DNA of 64,000 nucleotides. Origin: Antedon mediterranea (taxonomy: Eukaryota > Animalia > Echinodermata). The stretch is taken from NCBI RefSeq assembly GCF_964355755.1, contig NC_092671.1, positions 10,850,001 to 10,914,000 on the forward strand, in the 5' to 3' direction. How positions within the stretch are numbered: the first letter of the stretch is position 1; the number at the start of each line of letters is the position of its first letter. The notes beneath the pieces were generated by a model. That model was not told where the DNA came from. It made no database searches and saw only the letters and a list, made by a program, of their open reading frames with translations. Both the position numbers and the translations under genes were made by a program. Below, one piece after another: positions 51,701 to 64,000 of the stretch.

Positions 51701-54700
51701 TAATATTATGGATTTGTTATACTAAAATACATTTATTATTTTCAGCATGTGAGACAATGACAAGTGGGGATACAGATGACCAGTATTACTACCGCTATCA
51801 TGACTCGCCTCTTTACGAATCCCGTGTTGATTTCGATGTCAAAGCATCAAATGACGTACACATAGGGTTGTCGTCTTCGCCCGCAGACGCGAGTGAAATG
51901 TACGAGGTTGTCATTGGAGGTTGGGGTAACCAGAACTCCGCTATCAGACGTTGTATTCAGTGTTCAAATGAGGTGTATGTATCAACTCCAAATATTCTGA
52001 ATCAAAATGAGTTCCGTGGATTTTGGATCACTTGGGACGATAATGGAAAGATCAGTGTTGGTAAAGCAGGGCAGGCGTCATTCATGGAATGGACTGATCC
52101 TAACCCTCTACGCATTGCTTATGTTGGATACACAACGGGCTGGCAGAGTTCTGGAGAATTCAGGTTTTGTGACTTAAGTAAGTGAACATTTTAACACAAT
52201 AATGATAAACATTGTCCAGTTTTAACAAGCGAATTTGAACTTGAAACATAGTACACTTGGAATATGCAGAAAATACGTAAAGAAGAATATTATTCAAATA
52301 GTGTTCTGTTTGTGAAATACAATGTGTAATAATTTTGACTTTTTATTGATCTTGTGTGATTGTTTTTATGAATTATAGCCGTATCCATCATCATGATTAG
52401 CATCAAATCCGCATTAAAAATCATAACTTATTTGTCAATTAACTTAATCTATATCTCTTTTACAGCTTCTGGGGGAAGTGTACCACCTCCACCAATGCCA
52501 ACTCGTAAGTCCCAAAACTGATTATTAATATTCCCCATTTTAAAAACAATATGTAATATATTAATATGTTATTATAATGTTTACGTATCAAACTATATCT
52601 TAATATGCATGACGTGATTACACACTACACACACCTATATTTTGAAGAGAAGAACAAAATAAAAAATAGTATTAAACACATTTCACGGCGGCTATGATCA
52701 GTTAAATCAAAACTTCAATCCTTTTTTCTATCAATCGTAAATAATAAAGTTATTATTATTATTAACTAATATCGTTTGTTTGTTTTATAGCTGTATTCAG
52801 TCAACGTTGTGGTCAAAATTGGGAGTATGACCCTATTAGCGGAAATTGTTACTTGTTCCGTCCAAAGGATTTCAAGAAATGGACTGACGCTGAAACGACG
52901 TGTAATAATGAAGGAGGATCATTGATAAGTATAACAAGTTTGACGGAGCAAAGCTACATCAATGGTATGCACGTAACATATTCTTGGATCAGGAAAGAGT
53001 TAGTAGTAGGTCTAAAGAGTTATTAGTAGGTCGACCTCAGGATGTGACTTACATGTATAGATAAAAAGTAAAATAACTATAGACATCATGACATCACCAA
53101 TACATTGCTTTAAATCTAATTGGTACTATTATTTAGCTCGAATTGTGTACATAAATGAAGGCGGTTTATGGACTGGGGGTAATGACAAAACCCAGGAAGG
53201 TGGATGGAAGTGGTCAGATGGAAGTCCATTTGCGTACCTGAACTGGAACGCAGGTAGATCAATTTAACTTACAATATTATTATTTTTCATTACCGTATAC
53301 TTTTTGTCAAGCTTATCTTATATTATAAATATCTGCTCGTTCGCATCGCCAGTACCGTACTGTTCAATGGTGATCCGAGATACAAAGACAGTTCATCAGA
53401 TAACTTTAACCCGGTTCGGAGTTGAAGATAGCTAAGAATCCTAAATATCCCTCAATGCAACACAAAACTGAGATAGCCAGGTAATGAATTTATATTCAGT
53501 AATTTGAATAATTTATTAATTAATTAATTACTAATTTGTTTACGATTATTCATATCTTAATTTCAGGTGAACCAAATAACGCAGGAACATTAGGGGAGCA
53601 TTGTTTAGAATTATACACAAACACTGGAGTATGGAATGACCAAGCATGTGGCGATACACTGGGATATATTTGCAAGAAAAATGGTAAATTTATTACAAAT
53701 ATATGTATTCTAAAATGCTGTAAAATATATCTTTCGGCTACGTTAGAAGTTGATATGTATTATGATCATATCACAAAAACAACTGACGAAACAAAAACTT
53801 GTAAATTAAAAGAGACGTCAGAAACCCACTGGGAACTCAAGTTCACACGTCGGCTTGGAGTAGGACAATGTATTAGAAGTACATACAATTTAGTATAAAT
53901 TACATAACCTAGAAGTGGCGTCTATGAGCAATAGATAAAGCGCAGGTATTCTTGAATATTTGCTTGCAGTATAAAAATACGATAAAATCGCTATTCCGGT
54001 GGAAAATAATACAAATACCTTATACATTCTCTGTATATATGAACCTACTGACCTACTGTATAACAAGTATTTAATACAGCCAGACACGTATCTAGTTGAA
54101 TTGCGATAGTCAGTTAGACTCTATGAAGTGACTGCTTAAAGCTGTTTTCTGGCTTATGTTGTTTTATCCAGGTAAGATAAAGACAAGAAATATACTAATA
54201 TTTCTGAAAACTGAGTATGTTCTCAAGAGCTGTTAGATTGTAATATTAATTATGCTTTCATGAAACTATTTTCTAAAAAAAACATCAAACATTATATTTC
54301 AGGTTATATAGTATCGCATTTTAGCAGTTATCCAAACGCAGCCATTGAAGGGTTCGACAACATTCATCTTACCAACGTTTACCCAGAGGATTGTGCCCAA
54401 AGATGTATTGCAGAGACCTCATTTACTTGCAGATCTTTCGATTATTACAAAAACAGCCAAGAATGCGACTTAAGTGATAAAGATAAAGACATGGTTGGCG
54501 GTTTAAAGACAACGTACGATGGGTCTCCATTTGATCATTACGAAAGAGGTAGGCAACGACATGATTTTTCTCATTGATGCATCCTACACCATGCGCCCCA
54601 ATATTTGAGTTGGGTGGGGGCGTTATTTAACGTTATATATAAAGACAAATAACCGCAGTTTATATTATAAATTTATAATCAATCAACAATCAATCAAAAT

Positions 54701-57700
54701 ATTCACAGGAGCCTGCCACTTAATTAAGATTTAGTAGTTGTGATTAATCTTTGTAAATTCGTACAATTCGTAAAATCGTTGTTTCAAAGGAGTATACCAT
54801 ATAATTCATTTATTTTTTACCTTACACCTACACATAATATCATATTTATAATATACAAATACACATGGTTGAATTAATAATCAAAACATGTTTTATTTAG
54901 TTATGGATGCTACCACCGAGATGCCAGCAACAACACCACCCCCTAATTACCGTTGCCGTGATGGTTGGAATTCCTACGCTAGCTATTGTTACTACCTTTC
55001 AAGTACTGATGGAACATGGTCTGAAGCTCGTGATAACTGCCGAGGAATGGGAGGCGATCTTGCATCAATACACAATGACAACGAAAATAACTACATCAAT
55101 TCTCTGCAGACTACATGTAATTATATTTATTACTTTTTTTTGGGTATAATTTAACACAACCAAACAAGATGGAAATATTAAAACTATATTACTTTGGGTC
55201 TACATTTAAATATCATGGCCTAGATTGTGCCTACTACCAAATAATAATATCAAATATCACTCTAATTACGAAAACACTAGAAAAATAAGGGAATGTATAA
55301 ATATATAGGACTGGGACAAACTTAGTCAATGGATGTCAATTAGATGACACAATGCTTATCATGACGAAGATTATAATCATGCTGACATTCCAATATTACA
55401 GCGTCTAGTGGTAATATCTGGATTGGTTTAAACGACTTGACATACCAGATGAGTTTTACCTGGAGTGATGGCTCAGACACTGATTACACAATATGGAACA
55501 CAAATGAACCTAACAATCACCAAGGAAGTTCTGAAGACTGTGTTGAAATGTACACCAATGTATGTCAATAATGTATTACAAAAGTCATACCACTTAACAT
55601 TAGCAAGCAATTGTATCGGGACGATAGATGAAGAACTAAACCAATCCAACCAGTTCCGATAAAGAACAAATTGAGCTAAACATATCTATAAATTACCGTC
55701 TCCTTCCGTCTAAAGGCCAATTTACACAGAGGAGCGGTAACGGTAATACAAAATACACCGTATGCTATTCCTTATGACCATTTACACACAACGCTGAGTG
55801 GTTTCCGCTCAGGATAGATACAGATTATACGCGGGACAAGCTACGCGGTTTTCCGCTTACTGTTACGGCTCGTCTGTGTAAATTGACCTTTACTGTACCG
55901 AAACGATCTTAGTTTATTTACCATATGACAATAATCCCATCCGATGTTACTGAACCCTGTTCATTGTTATTTTAGCATAGGCCTACAGTAAAAACAGAAC
56001 ACACAACTAATATGTTTATTTCTTCATCAGAGAGCATGGAATGACAATGACTGTGCCAGCAGAAGAAAGTTCATTTGCAAAAGAAAAAAGGAGAATCTGC
56101 CTCCAACACAATTTCCTCCCACACCATCTGGATGTGATCAGGTAAGACAATAATGATAATGACGTAGGAGAACATTAACCGTAGTTTAAAAATCATAAAT
56201 TCTGAAAGTACTAACCTATCATATGATGGCAATAAAATCAACGTTTCTCTATGGCGAGTCTAATTATGTATTTTCAGGGTTGGATCGGTTATGACTATTC
56301 GTGTTACTTGTTTGTAAGTACATCGCCAGTAAACGCAGATTCGGCAAAGCAGAGTTGCCAGAGCTTGGGCGGACATCTTGTGTCAATCAATGACAGGTAA
56401 GAATATTTAATTTTATTCAAGCCAATTTTTTGTATAAAACTTATATTTTAATGCATTGTTTTAAAACCATGAGTATAATATGTATATTTGTGTGCTACAA
56501 ATTGCAATACTTAGAATACAATTTCTAAGTATTTAGATTCATTCATTCTTATTAATGGTGTCAACTTTATGTAAGAAGTAATGAAAAACAAAAAGAAAAA
56601 AAAGAGAGGAAATAATAAAGGTGGGTTGTTCCCACGAAAGAAAAAATATTCGCCCTGTAAGATTTAGTGTAGTGTGTGTGACTATAAAACGTGTTATTTA
56701 CTAATCAAATGGCAAGGAATCAACATCATTGATAATAACATTAATGTACAATTTGTTGGTAACCCTTGCAAATGTGATGTCATTAAAATTAGGTTTGAGC
56801 AATCGTTTGTGTCAAGTCAGCTTGGTCTTGCAAGTGGGCAGTATTACTGGTGTGGACTTCAAAAACAAGACGATGGGTCATACACATGGACTGATGGTTC
56901 ATCGGTAGATTATACTAACTGGAACAAAGGGCAACCAGGTATGATAATAATTATTTATGTAACGCTTTATTTAAAATGGCTAGTGTGGATTGTTTAAAAA
57001 AAGAAAGATACCAAAAGTTGGAGACAAAAACAAATTCGAAAGTATATAATGTAATTTTCTCCCTTTGCTTTTTCAACGTTATTTTGTAGATGACAGAGAA
57101 GGCAAATGCGTAGCAGTTTCATCCGGAAAATCTGCGGGGCTATGGGCAGACTCGGCTTGCGATTCACAGTACAACTACATATGTGAAAAACTCCGTTCTG
57201 GTTACACAGACAGACCCATAGTTACCTATGACCCGACCGATCCAAGTAGTTCAGGATGTGCTAATGGATGGATTGGATACGGAGGTAACTGTTTTATGGT
57301 AAGGTTTTATAATTTTAATGGTATTTGATTTTTTCTGTCACACTGAATCATCGACAGGTCTACACCAACTAACGAGGATTTGTATCTAACAAACATTATT
57401 TTATTGCAGATAAACGAAGCGAGAATAACATCACAATTGAAAACATGGTCAGATGCCTCCGCATCCTGTCGTTCACAAGGAGGTTACCTTGCCAGCTTCC
57501 ATTCTAACGACGAAGAATCCTTTTTAAAACAAGTGGCTAAAGTCTCGTAAGCAATGTGGCATTATTATATGACTTTCTTTTTGATTAACTCGCTTAATTA
57601 ATAAAAACAAGAATTTAACTTTGGCCCATTTAACACCTTATTTTACAGAAACTGAAGTTGGCTAACATTGCGAAAAATCAAACGTAATGTTTTGTACTAT

Positions 57701-60700
57701 ATCTTACGCTTTGTTTATTCTAAACTTAGATATACTAGACTTAAATACAGTTTAAATCAATGTTTACTAATCAGGTGACTTACCTTAATTCCATGACGTT
57801 CAGTCTTGTTATGTGTACATGATCAATTAATAGTATATTTCCGTATTGTCAGTGTATCGCATTCTCTTCATCAAAATAATTCCAGAACAATATAACAATA
57901 AAAAACAGTATATATATCCAAATAGTACCTTGAGTGTAGGCCTAGTCCAAATAAATCCTGGTAGTAAGGGTGCATGTTATCCGATCCGGCCTACTGCCCG
58001 CTATCATCGTTGGTGTGACTGGTGGTAGTAAGAAAAGGGAACTCTGGTAGGGCCTAAGATACCGTGTGCCTTAGTTTAACTGCTGAATTAAACAGCATCT
58101 ATACATAGTTACTGTGTATATATTACAGATTTTCCGTAAAATTACTGACACCAGTTAATTAAATAGACGACCAGCAATTGTCTTGATTCGCTATATTTTA
58201 CTCCGAAAATTGTTGACGAAAATGTATATAACTCGTTCATGGTTTACGCATGCGCCGGTGTGATCCTTCCGGGTTAATTGCGCGATTTTTAACCGTCTGT
58301 AACGGGTCGAGACTAAATATTATTTTCTATTTATACTTTCTTTCTCAGAGACACTGCTACAGGTTATTGGATAGGGCTAACTGATCAGACCAAAGAAAAT
58401 GGTAAGAATAAGTATTAATGAGTGCAAAAATGAAAATATTATATATATATATATATATATATTAGGATAAGGATGAACATGATTGTCATATTGGGATTAA
58501 CAATTGATGAGTGATAGATACATATGGTCTTGATAATTGTGATGAGGATGAAAATGATGATGATCATAAGTAAGGCTATTATATTACTGTGATGACAAAG
58601 AAATTGATTGATTGATTGATTAATTGATTTTAAACTCTGTCTACACTATCAAACTTAACTTTATGTGACAAAAAAAAAGTGATATACCAATATATGGACA
58701 CGGTGGTCATATCACTACAAATTTGGGCACACTTTTTCCCCACTCAACCAGGGTACTGTATGTTTTGTTGTTCGGTGTCTTGAAATTATTTACTTCTGTT
58801 ATAAATATTTAGGATTTACTTGGACTGATTCCACGCCAGTTGACTATACAAACTGGGAAAATGGAGAGCCCAACAATGTGAACGAAGAGGACTGTGTGGA
58901 GATGTTCTTTTCAGCACGCAATTGGAACGACATTGGCTGTGACCGAACTAGACATTGGGTTTGCAAACTTCCAAAGGGTGTGTGATTCTCTCTTGATAAT
59001 ATAAAACACTAATATGCAAAAACTAAAAATGGTATATATATTAAAGAAGGCTACTGTAATTTATTTCGGGCTGACAACGTTAAACAAATTGTATAAATAA
59101 TTGAATTTATGAATATCAATCCCTTAACTTGTTTGTTTTTTATTTATATTTATTTTTGTGTTTTGCAGGCGTACGACCAATCACGGTTCTTCCACCGATG
59201 ACCCCAACGCCATGTAAGTACTGTACAGTTGGTATTATTACTAAATATACATTTTTAGGCTTTCTTTGTTCCAGGAATTCTTAATTCCAGACTCTTCTCT
59301 TCATCTTTATTCCATCCATCTCTAGCTACGCATCATAATCCTATTATATGTATCATATAACGGATCGTTATTTGTTTTAAGACCCATTGTGTCCTGGTAA
59401 TGAAGGATGGATCCAGTTTGAGAACAATTGCTATTTCTTCAGCCAAGCCTCTGGTAGCGGACGCTTGTCATGGCAAGCCGCGGACGACTACTGCCATGTA
59501 CAAAACGGAAGACTTGTTTCAATCCATACTGCTCCAGAAATGCAGTTCCTTAATGATAACGTAATTATAGTTAACTTACATTAAATCTACCTTATAATTT
59601 ACTAAATTATCAATATAAAAACCTAAGTAATTTAATAATAATAAATATATATTTGGGTCCAAACAAAGTGTCCAACCGTAGTTGTTATAAAGTGGGGTTA
59701 AACTAAATAGTTATAAAAATAATAATAGTTTTGAAATCTATGATTAAAATTAAGTTAAGTGAAACAAATGGCCATGACTAAAACATATTTTTTTTATTGA
59801 ATGTGTAGACTGACAAAACAATTAGCTCCTACTGGATTGGCCTCAGAGAATATGAAGTGAAAGGCATATACTCGTAAGTTTATGAGTTGTAAACTTCAAT
59901 AATGTAAATTAAATATGTAATGTGCATACTAGTATTATTTCCTGTATCGTTACTCACGTTACACAACATATAAACATCGATGTATAATAAGAAGTGTGTA
60001 CAATAGCGTGGCATAATTAAACATGTTTGTTAATGTATTTTGACGCCATCAACCAAACCTCTCGCCAATAATATGCAGAATGGGAAACCAATACTTTCTA
60101 AACCAAGTCGCAAGGCTGTATTGGCTCGTCAGAGAAAAGTCCTGGAACGGTGACAGGATTTGAACATGGCATTGACATACAAATACCAATCAATTGACAT
60201 CCTAGCCCTCTCCTAAAATGTTTGTTAATTAGTATACAAATAATGAATGTTTATGAGTGCAATGGTACAAATAATGGCACGAGGTGAATGATGAAAGGTT
60301 ATATCAACGAGGCAAAGCCGAGTTGATATAACCTTTCATCATTCACCAAGTGCCATTATTTGTACCATTACACGAATACAAAACATTCATTATTTGTTTT
60401 ATATAACATCTAGACGTTTTTTTTTCGTACACAAAAATGTTTCAAAAAGTACTATTTAACGATCGTTGAATAGTGCGTACTATTGCACGCCATGTGACCC
60501 ACATTCGTCCAATCAAATGACAGGAATTTATATAGGTGTTATATAAAAGGAGATGTGTCATGCCAAGGCGATCTAACAACAAGATTCTGAGCTTCGGAGA
60601 TTAAAGGATTTATCTGTGGCCGTGACACGATCAGTCCAACGTCCCTTAACAGACATCGTGCATCGTGTGAATACATAGTACAGACCTGTTGGCATTTATC

Positions 60701-63700
60701 GCAGCCAGACATAACCAAATCACACATTTGTTCTTATACAGCTGGTCCGACTCCACTCCATTTGATTATGTCAACTGGGCAACTGGTGAACCAAACGATT
60801 TCAACGGAGAAGAACAGTGTGCCGAACTCTACACGTCAAGTAAATTATTTTATGTATTATCTCTTATATAATATTACATATTTTCCATAAATATTTATCT
60901 TGGACCTTGGTTTGCAATATTCAGATTACCAGTATTAAACTTTAAAAATGTAACTTTAAAAAAATTTACGTCACATCCACTTTGGCAATATTACGTGTTG
61001 AATTAATATAACCCCTTTTGTATTTACTTATAGTTGGTTCCTGGAATGATCTCAACTGCGGTGACAAAATCCCATTTATCTGCAAGAAGCCTTATGGCAG
61101 CGTAGTAACTAACCCACCACCGATAACAGCACTGCCTCAAGGCAACTGCCCTTCTGGCTGGATGGAGTTCAATAAACGATGTTACCAGTTCCACGGCTCT
61201 GTTGAATCTGATCGTTTTGGTTGGATGGATGCAAGAGATAAATGTCGCGGATTGGGAGGTGACCTTGTCACCATCCACGACAATCGTGTCAATGGTAAGC
61301 GTGACAAATACGGGAATATTTATACGCTGAATAATTGACGTCACGTTATATTCAACGCTTAGTCTTTTTAGAGATGTAGGAGGATATGATCACCTACGTA
61401 ATTTGTCAATTTTAGACTCTGCCTCCCAAAATGTACTTAAAACAAAATAAATACAAAATCATATCTTCTTTTATTATTAGCCTACCAGGTCTTGACCTGT
61501 ACCTGTCTATATTGTATCTGTATTTATTTGTTATTTTTCCGGGCATCTGCCTTCATTCTCTGACCTAATTATCATTATATATCTGCACTGTATGTTTCTT
61601 TTCTTTTTTTGTCAGAGTTTGTAAATAAATGTTATGAGATGAAAAATTAAAATGAAAAACGACAGTTTTCCACACCTAATGCATAACGATATTATTTAAC
61701 CACCTACAACTATTTTATATTGTAGCATTCCTAACTACTAAGTTGAAAGGACTAGATTACCGTATGTGGGTTGGCCTCAGCGATCTGACCAACAACAAAC
61801 AGTTTCGATGGACGGACGGATCAAGTGTAGATTACACCAACTGGGCTAGCGGAGAACCTAACGAAGCTGGTGGCGGGGTTAGTAGCATTCTATGTAACTT
61901 ATTATACTCTCGTTTGCGAGAACTCGTTTGAAAGAGACGACTGTCGCAATTGCACGAGTTAACGGTACAAAGTATTGGTATTTTATTCACAAAAACAAAA
62001 TAAATTTCAAACACATGAATTGAGTGTATGTAGTAACTAACACTATACTTCGTTATAGTGCGGTGGTAGTCGAAAAGGGAGATTACCTAAACTGAAAACT
62101 AACATTAATACAATATAGTAAACTAATTATATTTAACTGTGTTTAATCATTTAGGAAGATTGTGTTGAACTAATTGGTAGCGAGTACCAGGCAGGTCTAT
62201 GGAATGATAATGCTTGTGATAAAAAGAACGGATACATCTGCCAAGATGGATTCTGTAAGTTATTGTTACTTTTTTCTGGCCCTTTAATCAGCATACGTTC
62301 TTATATGAGTATAGCCTTTTTACAATAACAATAAAATGTCTCTATTTAATATACATTGATATAAAAATGTTTAAATTAACTCTTCTTCTAGCATTATCTG
62401 CCCCAGAGCCTCCCGTTACCAGCTCGTCTTGTCGCACCGGATATCGTCAGTATTACGATAGCTGTTTTAAATTCGTGGACGGTAGTTTCGATTTTAGCAA
62501 AGCTGTTACTGCTTGTACAAATCTGGGAGGTGGAGCGGCTTTAGCAAACATTATTGATGTTTACGAAGAAGCTTTTGTTGAGCAGGTTATTGGAGATAAT
62601 GGTGGAGCAGCAACTTGGATTGGAATGGTCGATAACAAGGTAGAGATAATCACATTTCAATACAATTACAGTAGGCCCTATGCTATTTTAAAGCGTATTT
62701 AAAAACGTCTGTTTTTTTATGTAGAAATGTACTGTACGTTTATCTTACATATATGGAAGTTAACTTGCTTACTTTAAGTGAGTGATACTTGGCCATCTTT
62801 AATTGAAATTAGGAGGCAAATAGTATTACTCGTATATGCTGCCTCCTGTCATGGTTTTTATGTGTGAGTCATGTTCGTTTGGAAGAGTTGGGTTTGAAAC
62901 AAAGTAATAAGCTAATGAATTATATGTGTTTCTTACATCAATATATAGATTGCTGGCGAGTACCAATGGGTGAATGGATGGCCAGTTTGGTACACTAAGT
63001 GGGGCCGGGATGAACCCAGTTTTGGGTCCGGTGAAGGCTGTGTGATGATTGATGAGACTGGTTACTGGGACGATACTGTTTGTACTGACAACCATCCAGC
63101 ACTGTGCAAGTACTCGTTAGGTAAGAGGACACATTTTGAAAATAATAACAAACAGTTTACAATAAAGATGACAAGATTGATTTTGCCCAGTAGGTCTACT
63201 ACTACATAGGTACACGACAAATTACGTGCATACGTAAGCATATAACTGTTTATTGAGGTTACGAATTCCCACGCGTGGCCACAAAGTACCACGCGTGGCC
63301 ACGAAGTACCACGCGTAGCCACGAAGTAGCCACGAAGCTAGAACGTGGGTAACGTTGCAGTAGTTTTTAGCTGTACTGTATGCGTATATGATAATATGAA
63401 TTAAAAAACTGAATTAATGTCTAAACGCTTCGGAAGGAAGAAATACACATTAAGTGATAATGGATAATATATCAATAACTTGTAATAAGACTCTGTTTAT
63501 GTAGATGTCTTGTGAACAGGATTGGCACCTTTAAGAAGGATAGTGTATGAATTCGCTTATGGTTATCCTTGGCAATTTGCCTGAATATAGACAAAACAAT
63601 TATCGTTACTTATAATCAATGTTATTTTTAGCACCCAAGCCAACAAATCCTCCAGACCTTCCTGGAACTTGTCCAGTCGACTGGGAAGCATTTGGAAGTT

Positions 63701-63883
63701 ATTGTTACTTCTTCGAAATACAACGTTTGTCTACCATATCATGGCCTGAAGCCCAGTTCAATTGTGCAAAGATTGGCGCACATCTGGCTAGTATTCACAC
63801 TAAGGCAGACAATGACTTCATATCAGCTAAAGCAAACAGTGCTGAATTAGATATATGGACCGGTCTATACAGAACTGACAGTG
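45784..63883 (+). CDS. Large mannose-receptor-like multi-domain C-type lectin (at least 12 CTLDs, FAMeT-type domain, PAN domain); partial, continues past the window
   Basis: About 38 exons repeat CPxGW..CY, WIGL.D, F.W.DG, W..GEPN, C and WND..C motifs, separated by Pro/Thr linkers. The first exons are 45784-45932, 46489-46607, 46827-46954 (or 47344-47471) and 48185-48402. The last exon seen is 63632-63883. The signal-peptide exon was not located. Confidence 0.93.
45868..46195 (+). repeat. About 91-bp tandem duplication of an exon end plus its splice donor, about 3.5 copies
   Basis: AATCACGATTAGCATGTG..GGAGATCTAGCC.TAATTAAGACAGCTGATGTAAATGTAAGTTCACACTGAGATTCTT occurs at 45868, 45959 and 46056, with a partial copy near 46147. 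Confidence 0.9.
47344..47471 (+). CDS. Alternative (probably mutually exclusive) exon encoding the ligand-binding half of CTLD1
   Basis: A 128-nt AG/GT-bounded open exon reading [42 protein letters not shown]. Its length and phases (2 in, 1 out) match exon 46827-46954. Confidence 0.82.
51746..52177 (+). CDS. Lectin-gene exon encoding a farnesoic-acid-O-methyltransferase-type (Methyltransf_FA) domain
   Basis: [68 protein letters not shown] is the family signature. The exon is symmetric (phase 1-1). Confidence 0.85.
54303..54548 (+). CDS. Lectin-gene exon encoding a PAN/Apple domain
   Basis: [39 protein letters not shown] is the PAN Cys pattern. The exon is symmetric (phase 1-1). Confidence 0.88.
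55713..55890. mobile_element. Intronic MITE (possibly PIF/Harbinger type)
   Basis: Inverted ends AAGGCCAATTTACACAGA and TCTGTGTAAATTGACCTT in a TA/TAA context. Confidence 0.65.
60234..60546. mobile_element. Intronic palindromic DNA element with a hairpin of about 70 bp per arm
   Basis: 60237-60307 is nearly the reverse complement of 60322-60396, around the loop GAGGCAAAGCCG. It is related to the elements at 41762-42568. Confidence 0.7.
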
Positions 63884-64000
63884 GTTAGTAATTCATTTGT
63901 TCAATTATGACAGTGCCTTAGTTTCGTCATGGATTTATAAAATTATATACCTCCATGGTTTTGGTAATGGATAGAGAAGTCTGGTAATGAAGTTAAGATT

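Noticed and set aside
63268-63340. CCACGCGTGGCCACGAAGTA short repeats
   Set aside because: This is a small intronic repeat, probably a transposon remnant, with no further structure.

Overview
AT-rich, intron-containing animal DNA. It is probably from a marine invertebrate deuterostome such as an echinoderm, inferred only from gene content and the abundant TAGGCCTA motifs. No prokaryotic features, RNA genes or CRISPR array were found. All exon chains were assembled by hand from splice signals and phase matching, with no transcript evidence. In order, the window holds: a GGACT-family gene (+); a CDV3 homologue (-); an unusual Roc/COR-like GTPase gene (+) with a multi-pass transmembrane block inside the G domain, a spliced C-terminal death domain and kappaB-like sites upstream; four small single-pass receptor-like genes (+, about 17.2-37.1 kb) sharing exon phases, with Cys-rich ectodomains and Tyr-motif tails of very different lengths; a divergent protein kinase (+); and the 5' part of a very large mannose-receptor-like lectin (+) with at least 12 C-type lectin domains (CTLDs), a FAMeT-type domain and a PAN domain. 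The first CTLD has two equal-length, apparently mutually exclusive exons for the sugar-binding loop (EPN versus RPD). Intergenic DNA holds LINE 3' fragments, MITEs, a 79-bp satellite inside a MITE and a head-to-tail Helitron-like dimer.
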